A model generated the notes under the pieces. It was not told the DNA's origin and did not search any database. It saw nothing but the letters and a program-made list of their open reading frames with translations. From Nitrospirae bacterium MYbin3 (GTDB taxonomy: Bacteria; Nitrospirota; Thermodesulfovibrionia; Thermodesulfovibrionales; Dissulfurispiraceae): 64,000 nucleotides of DNA. The position numbers were made by a program, and so were the translations under genes. Below, in pieces: positions 39,316-49,509 of this stretch; position 1 is the stretch's first letter, and each line of letters opens with the position of its first letter. The stretch spans positions 62,001 to 126,000 of the forward strand of contig PEAD01000004.1 in assembly GCA_002753335.1 (NCBI GenBank), given 5' to 3'.

Positions 39316-40986
39316 TCAGCTTTCAAGCAGTTCGGCAGCATGCTTGAGTGAATTGTCAGTTATATTGCCGCTCAGCATACGGGCTATTTCTGTCTTGCGC
39401 TCATCTTTAGAAAGCTTTTTAACAGATACTTTTACACCATCTTTCCCTGTTGATTTCTCGACCCTTAAATGCGTTGAGGCCATGGCCGCTATCTGCGGAA
39501 GGTGTGTTATGCAAAGCACCTGATAGGCTTCTGCTATTGCGCGCAGTCTTCTGCCCACATGCTGCGCTGTAACGCCGCCTATGCCCGAATCCACTTCGTC
39601 AAATATCAATGTTTTAAGCCCGGCAGACCCTTTGTTTTTTTTCTTGCCGGACATGCGCTGGATTTCGATGCATTTCAAGGCAAGCATAATACGCGAAAGT
39701 TCGCCGCCTGATGCCACTTTGTACAGCGGTCTTGCGGGTTCGCCAGGGTTGGCAGAAAAAAGAAACTCCACATCATCCTGCCCCGTGTCCGACACCTCGG
39801 TCTTTTCTGATATATCAACACCGAATTCTGCCTTCGGAAATCCGAGCTGGTGCAGCTCTTCAACAGTCGCTGTCTCTACCTTCTTGGCAGCATCCCTTCT
39901 TTTTCCCGAGAGTTTGCGCGCCGATGCGTTGAGCCGTTCTTCATAAGCCGCAAGCCTCTCCGCAAGAGATTCAAGCCTGTCTTCTATTTGGGTAAGACCT
40001 TCTAATTCTGCCGCAGCCTTTTCGCGGAACGCAAGAATCTCATCAGTTCCGGGGCCGTATTTCTTTGCTAGCTTTTTAAGAAGGTCGAGCCGCTCTTCAA
40101 GGATATCGAGTTTCTTGGGGTCAATATCGTATTTGTCCTTTATATCTCTTATTAAACTTGAGGCGTCTTTAATCAAGGGCGCAGCAGCTTCAAGAAGCTG
40201 TCTGAATTCAGCAGCATCACTGTCTATCTGAGATATATCTTTAGCGCATGACAGAGCTGCGGCTAGCTGAGAAGAGCAGTCATTGTCTCCGCCGTAAAGC
40301 ATAACATAAGCATTTTCGGATAGCTCTTTTAATTTACCTGCATTAAGCAGTATGCGACGCTCTTCCTCTATCGACTCTTTCTCTCCATCTTTTAGACCTG
40401 CGGCATCGATCTCATTTATCTGAAAATTCAGGAACTCTATCCTCTGACTTCTCTCTTGTATCTTAGTTTTCAGAATTTGGAGTTCGTTTCTGATCTCGGT
40501 AGCTTCGGCATAAAGCAGCCGATGCTTTTCCACCTCCCCCAAAATGCCTGCGAATGAATCGAGGAACTGCAGATGCGTCTCTTTTTTGAGCAACCCCTGC
40601 TGATCATGCTGTCCATGTATGTCAACTAATTTCCTGCCGATATTCAAGAGGGTCTGAATGCTTACAGACAGATCGTTTGCGTAGGATTTTCCTTTGCCTT
40701 GAGATGAAAGATTTCTGCGAAGCGCAAGCCCAGCCTCGCTTTCTATCGATAGTTCCAGAAGTTCCGGAAGTTCGGACTCATCAAAAGAGGCCTCTATAAC
40801 CGCCTCTTTAGCGCCGGACTTTATCATGTCCTGAGATGCCTTGCCGCCTAAGAGCAGCCCAATAGCATCCACCACAATAGATTTGCCTGCGCCGGTCTCT
40901 CCGGTAAGGACATTGAATCCCTCTTCAAACCGCAGAGATATGTCGTCAATTATTGTAAAATTTTTAATGTACAGCTCTCGAAGCAT
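39316..40986 (-). CDS. recN: DNA repair protein RecN
   Basis: TGETGAGKS, IHGQHD, ASGGELSR, IFDEVDSG, CITHLPQIA, EIARML. Confidence 0.97.
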   Translation of the reverse strand: MLRELYIKNFTIIDDISLRFEEGFNVLTGETGAGKSIVVDAIGLLLGGKASQDMIKSGAKEAVIEASFDESELPELLELSIESEAGLALRRNLSSQGKGKSYANDLSVSIQTLLNIGRKLVDIHGQHDQQGLLKKETHLQFLDSFAGILGEVEKHRLLYAEATEIRNELQILKTKIQERSQRIEFLNFQINEIDAAGLKDGEKESIEEERRILLNAGKLKELSENAYVMLYGGDNDCSSQLAAALSCAKDISQIDSDAAEFRQLLEAAAPLIKDASSLIRDIKDKYDIDPKKLDILEERLDLLKKLAKKYGPGTDEILAFREKAAAELEGLTQIEDRLESLAERLAAYEERLNASARKLSGKRRDAAKKVETATVEELHQLGFPKAEFGVDISEKTEVSDTGQDDVEFLFSANPGEPARPLYKVASGGELSRIMLALKCIEIQRMSGKKKNKGSAGLKTLIFDEVDSGIGGVTAQHVGRRLRAIAEAYQVLCITHLPQIAAMASTHLRVEKSTGKDGVKVSVKKLSKDERKTEIARMLSGNITDNSLKHAAELLES

Positions 40987-40992
40987 CGAAGA

Positions 40993-42240
40993 CTAGCCGA
41001 GGACTCCTTTGAATTGGTCCTCTTTGACCGGGCCTAGCACCGCCGCACTCATAGTTCCTTTATTGATAAGCCTGTCAGCAAGGTTTTTTACCTGCGCAAG
41101 CGTTACGGATTCAACCTCCCGCATAATCTCTTCCTGGGTAAAATATTTGCCGTAATAAATCTGCTGCCGTGCTATGCTCTGCATCCTGCTGCTGGTTGAT
41201 TCCATTCCTAGTATCAGCGTGCCTTTGACCTGGTCCTTTGCTCTTCTTAATTCTATGTCGGTAACAGTATCGCGCAGCCCCTGCATTTCATGGATAATAA
41301 GTTCGGTAACAGGCATAATCTTGTTCTTGCCTGTGCCTGCATACACAGCCCAGTACCCGGCATCGTGGTACGAAGATGTAAAAGAGTAAATGGAGTAGGC
41401 ATATCCTTTTTTCTCGCGTATCTCCTGAAAAAGCCTAGAACTTACGCTTGAGCCGAGTATCGAATTCAGCAATGCGCTTGCATAACGCTCTTCGCTCGCA
41501 AACGAGATTCCTTCAACACCAAGGCAAAGATGCACCTCAGACAGATCTTTCTTGTAAACCGCAACATCTTTTCTGAAGGATGACGGATGCAGGGTCTTCG
41601 GCTCAGAGCCGCGCCTGAGCCCGCCTAAATGCTGATTGAGAAGGCCCATAACATGGTCAGGCTCAAAATTACCGGCGCAAGAAACAACAGTATCAGCTGT
41701 TCCGTAATATTTTTTTACGTGGTTAGTAAGGTCTGTTCTGGTAAAAGTCTTTATCGTCTCGCGCTTTCCAAGCACCGGCTGGCCTATGCCTTTCTCACCC
41801 CAAACAGTCTTGCTGAAGAGATCGTGTATGTAATCGTCCGGCGTGTCCTCGACCATCTTTATTTCTTCTTTGATCACGCCTTTCTCTTTTTCGATCTCAT
41901 CCTCAGCAAAGGTTGAATGCAGGAATATGTCCGTCAGCAGTTCGGCGCCTCGGTCTATGTATTCGTCAAGAACCTTGACATAGAAAGCGGTATTCTCACG
42001 GGATGTAAATGCATTCAGGTCTCCTCCGAGAGAATCGATCTCTATGGCGATATCCTTTGCGGTGCGTTTTTTGGTGCCTTTGAAAAACATATGCTCCAGA
42101 AAATGCGATATGCCGTTTTTGTCAGGAGTTTCGTGGCGCGCCCCGACCTTTATCCATATGCCTAAAATACAGGAGCGGACATTTTTTATCTGCTCCATCA
42201 CAACAGGTATGCCGTTATCAAGATGTAGTTTTTTGAACAT
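40993..42240 (-). CDS. M16 (pitrilysin-family) zinc peptidase
   Basis: HFLEHMFFKGT, LNAFT, SRLFQEIREK; conserved position after pnp. Confidence 0.93.
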   Translation of the reverse strand: MFKKLHLDNGIPVVMEQIKNVRSCILGIWIKVGARHETPDKNGISHFLEHMFFKGTKKRTAKDIAIEIDSLGGDLNAFTSRENTAFYVKVLDEYIDRGAELLTDIFLHSTFAEDEIEKEKGVIKEEIKMVEDTPDDYIHDLFSKTVWGEKGIGQPVLGKRETIKTFTRTDLTNHVKKYYGTADTVVSCAGNFEPDHVMGLLNQHLGGLRRGSEPKTLHPSSFRKDVAVYKKDLSEVHLCLGVEGISFASEERYASALLNSILGSSVSSRLFQEIREKKGYAYSIYSFTSSYHDAGYWAVYAGTGKNKIMPVTELIIHEMQGLRDTVTDIELRRAKDQVKGTLILGMESTSSRMQSIARQQIYYGKYFTQEEIMREVESVTLAQVKNLADRLINKGTMSAAVLGPVKEDQFKGVLG

Positions 42241-42262
42241 TTTGGTCCTTTATAAATGAATA

Positions 42263-42288
42263 CCCCTAAATCCGAAAAGATTTAGGGG
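42263..42288 (-). terminator. Hairpin between pnp and the M16 peptidase gene
   Basis: CCCCTAAATC-CGAAAA-GATTTAGGGG, 10-bp stem. Confidence 0.55.
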
Positions 42289-42327
42289 CTTATTTTTAAA
42301 ACGGCACAGAGAACAAAATCTATGCTT

Positions 42328-44460
42328 TTACTGTTTGCCCCCGTCAGCCTGTTTTTCTCTCATCGCCTCTTTGCGGCTAAGCCTGATCTTGCCCTGTCCG
42401 TCTATCTCGATAACCTTTACCAGGACTTCATCTCCCATATTCAGAACGTCGGTTACCTTTGCGATCCTCTGTTCCGCAATCTGCGAGATATGAAGCAGCC
42501 CATCAGTGCCGGGCATAATCTCCACAAACGCTCCGAAATCGGCAATCCTTACGACCTTGCCAAGATATATCTTATGAAGTTCGGCTTCTGCAACTATCCC
42601 GTTGATAATATCTATAGCTTTCTGTGCCGAGACGCCGTCTGCCGAGGCTATGTTTATGGTGCCGTCATCATTTATGTCTATTTTGACTCCGGTCTTCTCG
42701 ACTATGCCTCTGACAACCTTGCCTCCGCTTCCGATAACCTCGCGGATCTTTTCCTGCTTAATCTTCATCGTGTATATGCGCGGTGCATAAGGGGAAAGCT
42801 CAGTTTTAGGCGTTGAAATGGCTTCGTTCATTTTCGAAAGAATATGAAGTCTTCCGGTTCTGGCCTGTTCAAGAGCGGTTTCCATAATCGCACGGCTTAC
42901 TCCGCTTATCTTTACATCCATCTGAAATGCGGTGATGCCTTTTTCTGAGCCTGCAACCTTAAAGTCCATATCGCCCAAATGGTCTTCAAGTCCGAGTATA
43001 TCGGTAAGAACAACCACCTTGTCGCCTTCCTTTATCAGCCCCATCGCAATTCCTGCTACAGGCGCTATTATCGGCACTCCTGCATCCATCAGAGAAAGTG
43101 TTCCGCCGCATACCGAAGCCATAGACGATGAACCGTTGGATTCGAGAATATCCGAAACTATTCTTATGGTGTAAGGGAAGTTCTCTTTTGAAGGGATAAT
43201 ATACTTCAAGGCCCTTTCCGCAAGCGCTCCGTGTCCAATCTCTCTTCTGCCGGGTGAGCGTAGCGGCTTAACTTCGCCTACGCTGAACGGCGGGAAATTG
43301 TAATGAAGCATAAAGGTTTTGTACATCTCGCCATCGAGAGAATCTATCTTCTGCTCATCATCGGCAGTGCCAAGCGTTGTCACAACAAGAGACTGAGTCT
43401 CGCCGCGTACAAACAGGGCGGAACCATGAACTCTCGGCAAGATTCCGATATGGCTGTTTATAGCCCTTACCTCATCCGGTCTTCTTCCGTCTGCGCGTTT
43501 GTTTTCGTTTATTATCATAGTTCTGACAACATTCTTTTCGTAGTTGTCAAAAATATTCGCAATCTCTCTTGTTAGATTTTTCTGGGGATCCGAGAAAAAC
43601 TTCTCGGCGTTTTCGGTTGTATTGAACTTTTTTATGGCTTCTTCGAGTATGATGTCTAGAGCTCCCTGTCTCTGATGCTTGCCCGGTATGGTTATAGCAT
43701 CGTTGACCCTGTCTGCGACAAAGCTGCTGACCATTTTCTTGAGTTCTTCAGACTCAACCGGAGGCGTTACAGGCCGCTTTTCTTTGCCCGCCAACTTCTT
43801 CAGTTCATTCTGGAGAGCAACTATTTTTTTAATCTCTTTATGCGCAAAATCGATAGCCTCTATGACAACCGCTTCAGAAACCTCGGCGCCTCCGCCCTCT
43901 ACCATAATGACCGACTCATCTGTTCCGGCCACAACAAGGTTGAGATCGAGAGATTCGTATTCTGACATCTCAGGGTTTGCGATAAATTCCCCGTTTAATC
44001 TTCCTACCCTTACGGCGCCTACAGGGCCGCCGAATGGTATGTCCGATATATGGACAGCAGCCGACATGCCGATAATTCCGAGCATATCCGCTATATTTTC
44101 ATTTCCATAGGAGAGGACCGAGGCTATTCCCTGTGTTTCATGATAAAAACCTTTGGGGAATAACGGCCTGAGAGGCCTGTCTATAAGCCGGGAGGTGAGG
44201 ATCTCTTTTTCTGACGGCCTCCCTTCTCTTTTGAAGAAACCTCCGGGTATCTTGCCAGCCGCATAAGTCCTCTCCTGATAGTCTATTGTGAGGGGAAAGA
44301 AATCCAGCCCCTCTTTCTTTCTTTTGTCCGCAACTGCCGTGGCAAGCACAACTGTGTCTCCGTATTTTACGATCACAGAACCGCCCGACTGCCTTGCCAT
44401 CTGCCCTGTTTCGAGTATAAGCTTTCTGCCTTTTAGCTCAAGTTCTACAATATTAGTCAA
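42328..44460 (-). CDS. pnp: Polyribonucleotide nucleotidyltransferase
   Basis: FFPLT, GKIPGGFFKRE, RREIGHG, ESNGSSSMAS, GDMDFKVAG, KH and S1 domains; TTG start. Confidence 0.98.
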   Translation of the reverse strand: MTNIVELELKGRKLILETGQMARQSGGSVIVKYGDTVVLATAVADKRKKEGLDFFPLTIDYQERTYAAGKIPGGFFKREGRPSEKEILTSRLIDRPLRPLFPKGFYHETQGIASVLSYGNENIADMLGIIGMSAAVHISDIPFGGPVGAVRVGRLNGEFIANPEMSEYESLDLNLVVAGTDESVIMVEGGGAEVSEAVVIEAIDFAHKEIKKIVALQNELKKLAGKEKRPVTPPVESEELKKMVSSFVADRVNDAITIPGKHQRQGALDIILEEAIKKFNTTENAEKFFSDPQKNLTREIANIFDNYEKNVVRTMIINENKRADGRRPDEVRAINSHIGILPRVHGSALFVRGETQSLVVTTLGTADDEQKIDSLDGEMYKTFMLHYNFPPFSVGEVKPLRSPGRREIGHGALAERALKYIIPSKENFPYTIRIVSDILESNGSSSMASVCGGTLSLMDAGVPIIAPVAGIAMGLIKEGDKVVVLTDILGLEDHLGDMDFKVAGSEKGITAFQMDVKISGVSRAIMETALEQARTGRLHILSKMNEAISTPKTELSPYAPRIYTMKIKQEKIREVIGSGGKVVRGIVEKTGVKIDINDDGTINIASADGVSAQKAIDIINGIVAEAELHKIYLGKVVRIADFGAFVEIMPGTDGLLHISQIAEQRIAKVTDVLNMGDEVLVKVIEIDGQGKIRLSRKEAMREKQADGGKQ

Positions 44461-44521
44461 ATTAATTCACTTCTCCTTCTGTAATTTTCTGTTTCGGTTT
44501 CAGGTTTGGGGAAAGTAGATT

Positions 44522-44791
44522 CTACTTCCTGATCTGCAGCCGCTCCATGACGATGTCATAACGCTTTCTGTCTGATTCCTTCAGATAGCCGATAAGTCTT
44601 TTCCTTTGTGCTACGAGCGTAAGAAGCCCTCTTCTGGAATGGTGGTCCTTCTTGTGGGTCTTAAAATGCTCGGTAAGATAGGTTATCCTCTCTGTGAGAA
44701 GAGCTATCTGCACCTCAGGCGATCCGGTATCCTGCTCATGTATCTTGTATGAGGAGATTATCTCCTTCTTCTTTGCCAAGTTCAGAGCCAT
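44522..44791 (-). CDS. rpsO: 30S ribosomal protein S15
   Basis: [24 protein letters not shown]; 89 aa. Confidence 0.98.
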   Translation of the reverse strand: MALNLAKKKEIISSYKIHEQDTGSPEVQIALLTERITYLTEHFKTHKKDHHSRRGLLTLVAQRKRLIGYLKESDRKRYDIVMERLQIRK

Positions 44792-44993
44792 GTTTCTTCA
44801 CCTCCTTAAAATATTTTCTTATTTACGGTCTGTTTCACAGCAAAACCATTCTTTATATTTGGATTTCTGCGAATTACCCTCTATAAAACAGAGTGTTTAG
44901 ATTAGCACATGCTTTTTGCTTCTGTAAAGGCTTCGAATTGCCTCTTTTTTCAACTTAGCATTATCTGGTTTCGCTAAGCGACAGAGGCATCCG

Positions 44994-46331
44994 CTACCCG
45001 ATCCCGTAGGCGTTCATCTTTTCCCACAGAGTTTTCCTGCTGATGCCGAGCAGTTCGGCGGCGCGTGTTTTATTATTGTTCGTTGAGTTCAATACTCTGA
45101 TGATATATTCTTTCTCGGCCTCTGCAGCAACGACCGAAAGGGCATGTTTTTTTTCTCCGACCGCTTTTGCCGAAATACCCGGCGGCAGGTCGTCCAAGCC
45201 TATCACCTCCGACGGGCAGAGCGTTACGCACCTTTCGATGATGTTTTCGAGCTCCCTCACATTGCCGGGGTAGTCGTACTTTAACAAGGCCTCCACCGCA
45301 TCTTTTGAAAGACGAACATTTCTCGAAGACCTTGAGTTGTACCGTTCAAGGAAAAAACTGACAAAAAGCGGCGCATCCTCTTTGCGCTCGCGCAAAGCAG
45401 GCATAGTTATTGGTATTACATTAAGCCGGTAATAAAGGTCTTCCCTGAAAGCGCCGCGCTTTACCTCCTCTTCGAGGTTCTTGTTGGTGGCTGCCAATAC
45501 TCTGACATCCGCATTTATCGTTTCTACGCCCCCAACCCTTTCAAAGGTTTTTTCCTGTATTATGCGCAGCAGTTTCGCCTGTGTAGAAGTGGGGATGTCG
45601 CCTATCTCATCCAGAAATATCGTGCCGCCATTTGCAAGCTCAAACCTGCCGGGCTTTCTTTTCATTGCTCCGGTGAAAGCGCCTTTTTCATAACCGAACA
45701 GTTCGCTCTCGATAAGGCTTTCAGGAAGAGCTGCACAGTTGACCTTAATTAAGGGTTTGTCTTTTCTCTTGCTCTGGTAATGAATAGTGGTTGCTACGAG
45801 TTCCTTGCCTGTACCGCTCTCTCCCATAATCAGAACCGTAGAATCCGAGGCAGAGACCCTTTCTATCAAAGCAAAGACCTTTTTTATAGCCGCGCTTTCG
45901 CCTATTATGTTCGGAAAACCATAGCAGGTTGTAAGGTCTCTTTTAAGCCTTATATTCTCCTCTTTCAGCTTTTTGACCTCCAGAGCCCTTTCAACAAGCA
46001 GCAGGAATTCATCGAGAGAAAAAGGCTTGGTTATGTAATCGAATGCTCCGAGCCGCATGGCTTCAACCGCATCTTTTATGGTGCCGAAGGCGGTCATAAC
46101 AATTACTTGCGTTGTGTTTGTCTTCATCAATTCTTTCAGAATGTCCAGACCGTTCATGTCCGGAAGCTTCACATCAGTGACCACCAAGGCAAAGTCTGAT
46201 TCGCCAAAGGCCTTAACAGCCTCGGCCCCGTTTTCAAAGGAGGAAACCGCATAACCTGCCGCAATCAGGGCGTCCTCAATAGTAATCCTCATTATCTTTT
46301 CGTCTTCTATAAGCAGGATCGTTTCTTTCAT
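44994..46331 (-). CDS. Sigma54-dependent response regulator (NtrC/AioR type)
   Basis: REC, GESGTGKE, ESELFG, GAFTGA, DLYYRLNV, PGNVREL, Fis-type HTH. Confidence 0.95.
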   Translation of the reverse strand: MKETILLIEDEKIMRITIEDALIAAGYAVSSFENGAEAVKAFGESDFALVVTDVKLPDMNGLDILKELMKTNTTQVIVMTAFGTIKDAVEAMRLGAFDYITKPFSLDEFLLLVERALEVKKLKEENIRLKRDLTTCYGFPNIIGESAAIKKVFALIERVSASDSTVLIMGESGTGKELVATTIHYQSKRKDKPLIKVNCAALPESLIESELFGYEKGAFTGAMKRKPGRFELANGGTIFLDEIGDIPTSTQAKLLRIIQEKTFERVGGVETINADVRVLAATNKNLEEEVKRGAFREDLYYRLNVIPITMPALRERKEDAPLFVSFFLERYNSRSSRNVRLSKDAVEALLKYDYPGNVRELENIIERCVTLCPSEVIGLDDLPPGISAKAVGEKKHALSVVAAEAEKEYIIRVLNSTNNNKTRAAELLGISRKTLWEKMNAYGIG

Positions 46332-47788
46332 AAAGTTTTTTTCACCCCGTTTATCGGAAAGCTGACGGTAAAAACAGAACCCTCGCCGGGCTCGCTCTTT
46401 GCGGAAATGTCTCCATTGTAGTTTCTTACAATCTCATAGGTCAACCAAAGGCCGAGCCCTGTGCCTTCTCCTGTCGGTTTGGTCGTGTAGAACGGGTCGA
46501 ATATCCTTCCTATGTTCTCAGCCTCTATTCCGCAGCCGTTATCTATAACCTCTATTTTAACGGCAGCTCCGGCCTCATACCCCCGCACCTTAAGGACTCC
46601 GCCATCCGGCATGGCATGAAGCGCGTTAATGAACAGATTGAGAAGCATCTGCTGGAAATCATGCATATCGACGAATATAAACAGATTCTCGCTAATCTCG
46701 GCTGAAAACTCAACCTCGGCTTTTTTGAATTTGTACTCAAGGAAGGCGTAAACACTATCTACAGCGCTCCTTACATTAACCTGAACCGGAGAGTGGTCCG
46801 TCTTTTTCGACATCCACAAGAGCTTGTTCACAGTATTTTCTATCCTGTCGAGGCCCTCGTTTATCAGCGAGAGATATTTCTCCCTGAACTCAGGATTGTC
46901 GCCGTTTTGCCTGAGCATCTGAATGCAGTTAAACAGGCCGCCGAGCGGATTGTTTATCTCGTGGGCAACGCCTGACGCTAGTATGCCTATGGATGCGAGC
47001 TTTTCGGACTGAACGAGTTTTTCATGTGTCTTTCTGATCTCTTCATTTGCCTGTTTGATCCTTTCGATCATGCTGTTGAACCGCTCTCCGAGAACAGCAA
47101 GTTCGTCGTCCCCCTTTATCTCGACCTTTGCATCAAGGTAATCCGCGCCGGTCTTTTCCATTGTGTTGGCAAGCTGCGTTATAGGGCTTATAAAACGCCT
47201 GCTTAAAAAGAGAATTATTACGAAGCCGAACCCTATCAAAAATAGCGTCAGCAGGAATATTTTTTTTACCGTAGAGATGATTTCATGCTCGACCTTTTCG
47301 AGGGAAATTCCGAACTTGAGCGTGCCCCAGCGTTTTTTGCCTATAGAAAGAGGCACTCCGAAATCGAGGGCGTCGTGATCATTTTTTGAAAATTGCTGTA
47401 CCAAGGTATTATCGGCCTTAATATATTTTTGTGTTAAGGGATCCGTGTACACCTTGCCGTACTCGGTAATATCGTTGTGCGAAACCACTCTGCCCTCTTC
47501 GTCCAAAATAGCTATATACAAAAGATCGACATCTTTCCTGTTAAAAACCTCAAGGATATAGTTGTCAATAAGTCCGCCCTCCTCTACAAGTCCGAGCCTT
47601 TCATATATCAGGTCATTTATTATGGGTATGGCAAGAGTTTCTCCGAGCAGTTGCCCTTCCCGTTCGACTTCGGCACGCAGGATGTTCTTTTCCCTTTGAA
47701 CCGACGCGTATCCCATTATGGTCATGAATACGATAATCGCAATAGTTGTGATAAAAACAAATTTTGATTGTAGGCTTAGTCCTTTCAT
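46328..47788 (-). CDS. HAMP sensor histidine kinase
   Basis: Two TM helices, HAMP, AHEINNPL, DPFYTTK, GTGLGL; coupled to both neighbours by ATGA overlaps. Confidence 0.92.
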   Translation of the reverse strand: MKGLSLQSKFVFITTIAIIVFMTIMGYASVQREKNILRAEVEREGQLLGETLAIPIINDLIYERLGLVEEGGLIDNYILEVFNRKDVDLLYIAILDEEGRVVSHNDITEYGKVYTDPLTQKYIKADNTLVQQFSKNDHDALDFGVPLSIGKKRWGTLKFGISLEKVEHEIISTVKKIFLLTLFLIGFGFVIILFLSRRFISPITQLANTMEKTGADYLDAKVEIKGDDELAVLGERFNSMIERIKQANEEIRKTHEKLVQSEKLASIGILASGVAHEINNPLGGLFNCIQMLRQNGDNPEFREKYLSLINEGLDRIENTVNKLLWMSKKTDHSPVQVNVRSAVDSVYAFLEYKFKKAEVEFSAEISENLFIFVDMHDFQQMLLNLFINALHAMPDGGVLKVRGYEAGAAVKIEVIDNGCGIEAENIGRIFDPFYTTKPTGEGTGLGLWLTYEIVRNYNGDISAKSEPGEGSVFTVSFPINGVKKTL

Positions 47789-49509
47789 AGTGTTATTGGG
47801 GGATGACAGCCTTTTCCGCAGGTCTGCGGCACTGCGTTTATCTTTGCGCGTATCCCCTCATAATCCTTGTCAGAGGCTTCTGTAAAACCGTTTCTAATGT
47901 CGTCATCGAACTTTCTTAAAATTTTTTCATGGGCCGGATTCTTAGGATCCAGCTCCAGCAACGCCTTCTTTATATTTTCGGTCACAGAAGAAGCAGTACC
48001 CGTATTTGCGGTAATCGGTCCTATCGGTATAATCTCGGATTCTGCCACTACCTCAATTCCCAGCTTTATATATTTCTTAACCACCGAATCCCTTACAGCT
48101 CCGGCATTATACTGTCCTTTGAGCACCGCTTTTACAACACTATCATGATAATCAAAGTTCGCGTAATTCCCGAGATCGCTTAGATGTATGCCCGAGTTCG
48201 CGAAAAGATACCTTGCCATAAGGTTGCCGGATGTTGATTTCGATGCGGCAAAAGCTACGCTCTTTCCTCTTAACTGGGAGATTTCTTTGAGCGGCGACCC
48301 TTTCTTTCTTATGATAACGCTCCGGTAGGTAGCTGTGCCGTCAGCGCCCTTAGGCTTTAAAATGCTGACAGCACCGAACTTTGAGTGGGCTTCAAGGTAT
48401 GTAAGCGGACCGAGGAGGGCTATGTCTATTTCCCTGCTGCCGATGGCATTCACCGTCTCTTCATAGTTTTTCTTTATCACCAGCTCATAGGCATAAGGCG
48501 TCTTTTCCGAGAGGTAATCGAGCAGAGGCTGGTACTTCTCATAAAGAATGCGCGGGTTGTCGCGCGGGATAACGCCGAAATATATGGTCTGTTTGCCCTT
48601 CTCATTTTTAGCAACAGTTTGGCCGGACGCAACGGCCCGCTCCATCTTTCTAATAGAGTCGTAGGCTTTATCGGATATCTGCACAAAGCCGTCTATCATC
48701 ATCGCATCCAGTATCTGCCTGCCTTTGGCAGACTTGTTCATATTCAGAAAAGCGTCTTTTATCTTTTTCTTCAAGGCAGGGTCTATGTCTTTGGTAACAA
48801 CAATAGGCGGGATGCCGAAGGGTTCGGAGCGTTTTATTACTTTGGTTTGCGATGCGTATGGAGAGCCTTTTTTATACATGTATTTGTAAACAATGCTGTC
48901 CACGGCCGCAGCGTCCACAACTTTTTTTGCGACCAGCTCGACCGATTTGTTGTGGCTGTAGCTGTACATATGCTTTTTAAAGAACTTGCCCGAAGTATGT
49001 CCCATACCCTTTAACATGTATTCGGGATATAGCTTTCCGGTATTTGATTTGGGGTCGGTGAAGGCAAAAGTCTTGCCCTTCAACTCAGTGAACGATCCCA
49101 TAGGACTGTCTTTATGGACGATTATGTAAGAGTGGTATTCGGCCTTGCCGTTTACGCTCGGCGCGGCTATGAGTTCGACCCCGAACTGCTCGCGGTTTTT
49201 AACATACGGCGCGGAGCAGATAAACGCAACCTTGACCTTGCCTGTTTCGAGCAAAGAGTCCATCTCTTCGTATGTCCTCCTGTGCACCATCTGCACCGGC
49301 TGCTTTATCTGCTCGCCGACATAATCGATTATCTCCTGATAGTATTTGACAGCATCGACAGGGGTTATCATAGAGGCGACGCCGATTTTGACAGAGCTTG
49401 CGGGTTGCGAGAAAGCCACATGAGGGTTGCAGATTAAAAGGAGCAAGATCAGCAGATACAATAACAAGTAGTTCCTGCAAGAGGATACGATTCCCATCAT
49501 TCGCTTCAT
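47785..49509 (-). CDS. Tandem two-domain PhnD/AioX-like periplasmic oxyanion-binding protein
   Basis: Signal peptide; two PhnD-like repeats ([14 protein letters not shown] / [14 protein letters not shown]); domain 1 has AFICSAPY. Confidence 0.8.
   Translation of the reverse strand: MKRMMGIVSSCRNYLLLYLLILLLLICNPHVAFSQPASSVKIGVASMITPVDAVKYYQEIIDYVGEQIKQPVQMVHRRTYEEMDSLLETGKVKVAFICSAPYVKNREQFGVELIAAPSVNGKAEYHSYIIVHKDSPMGSFTELKGKTFAFTDPKSNTGKLYPEYMLKGMGHTSGKFFKKHMYSYSHNKSVELVAKKVVDAAAVDSIVYKYMYKKGSPYASQTKVIKRSEPFGIPPIVVTKDIDPALKKKIKDAFLNMNKSAKGRQILDAMMIDGFVQISDKAYDSIRKMERAVASGQTVAKNEKGKQTIYFGVIPRDNPRILYEKYQPLLDYLSEKTPYAYELVIKKNYEETVNAIGSREIDIALLGPLTYLEAHSKFGAVSILKPKGADGTATYRSVIIRKKGSPLKEISQLRGKSVAFAASKSTSGNLMARYLFANSGIHLSDLGNYANFDYHDSVVKAVLKGQYNAGAVRDSVVKKYIKLGIEVVAESEIIPIGPITANTGTASSVTENIKKALLELDPKNPAHEKILRKFDDDIRNGFTEASDKDYEGIRAKINAVPQTCGKGCHPPITL

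Noticed and set aside
44903..44920. Possible sigma54 promoter TAGCACATGCTTTTTGCT
   Set aside because: Lacks the -24 GG, has wrong spacing and points into the 3' end of a convergent gene
47785..49509. Phosphonate/phosphite ABC uptake system
   Set aside because: No permease or ATPase genes; the binding protein is coupled to a kinase instead
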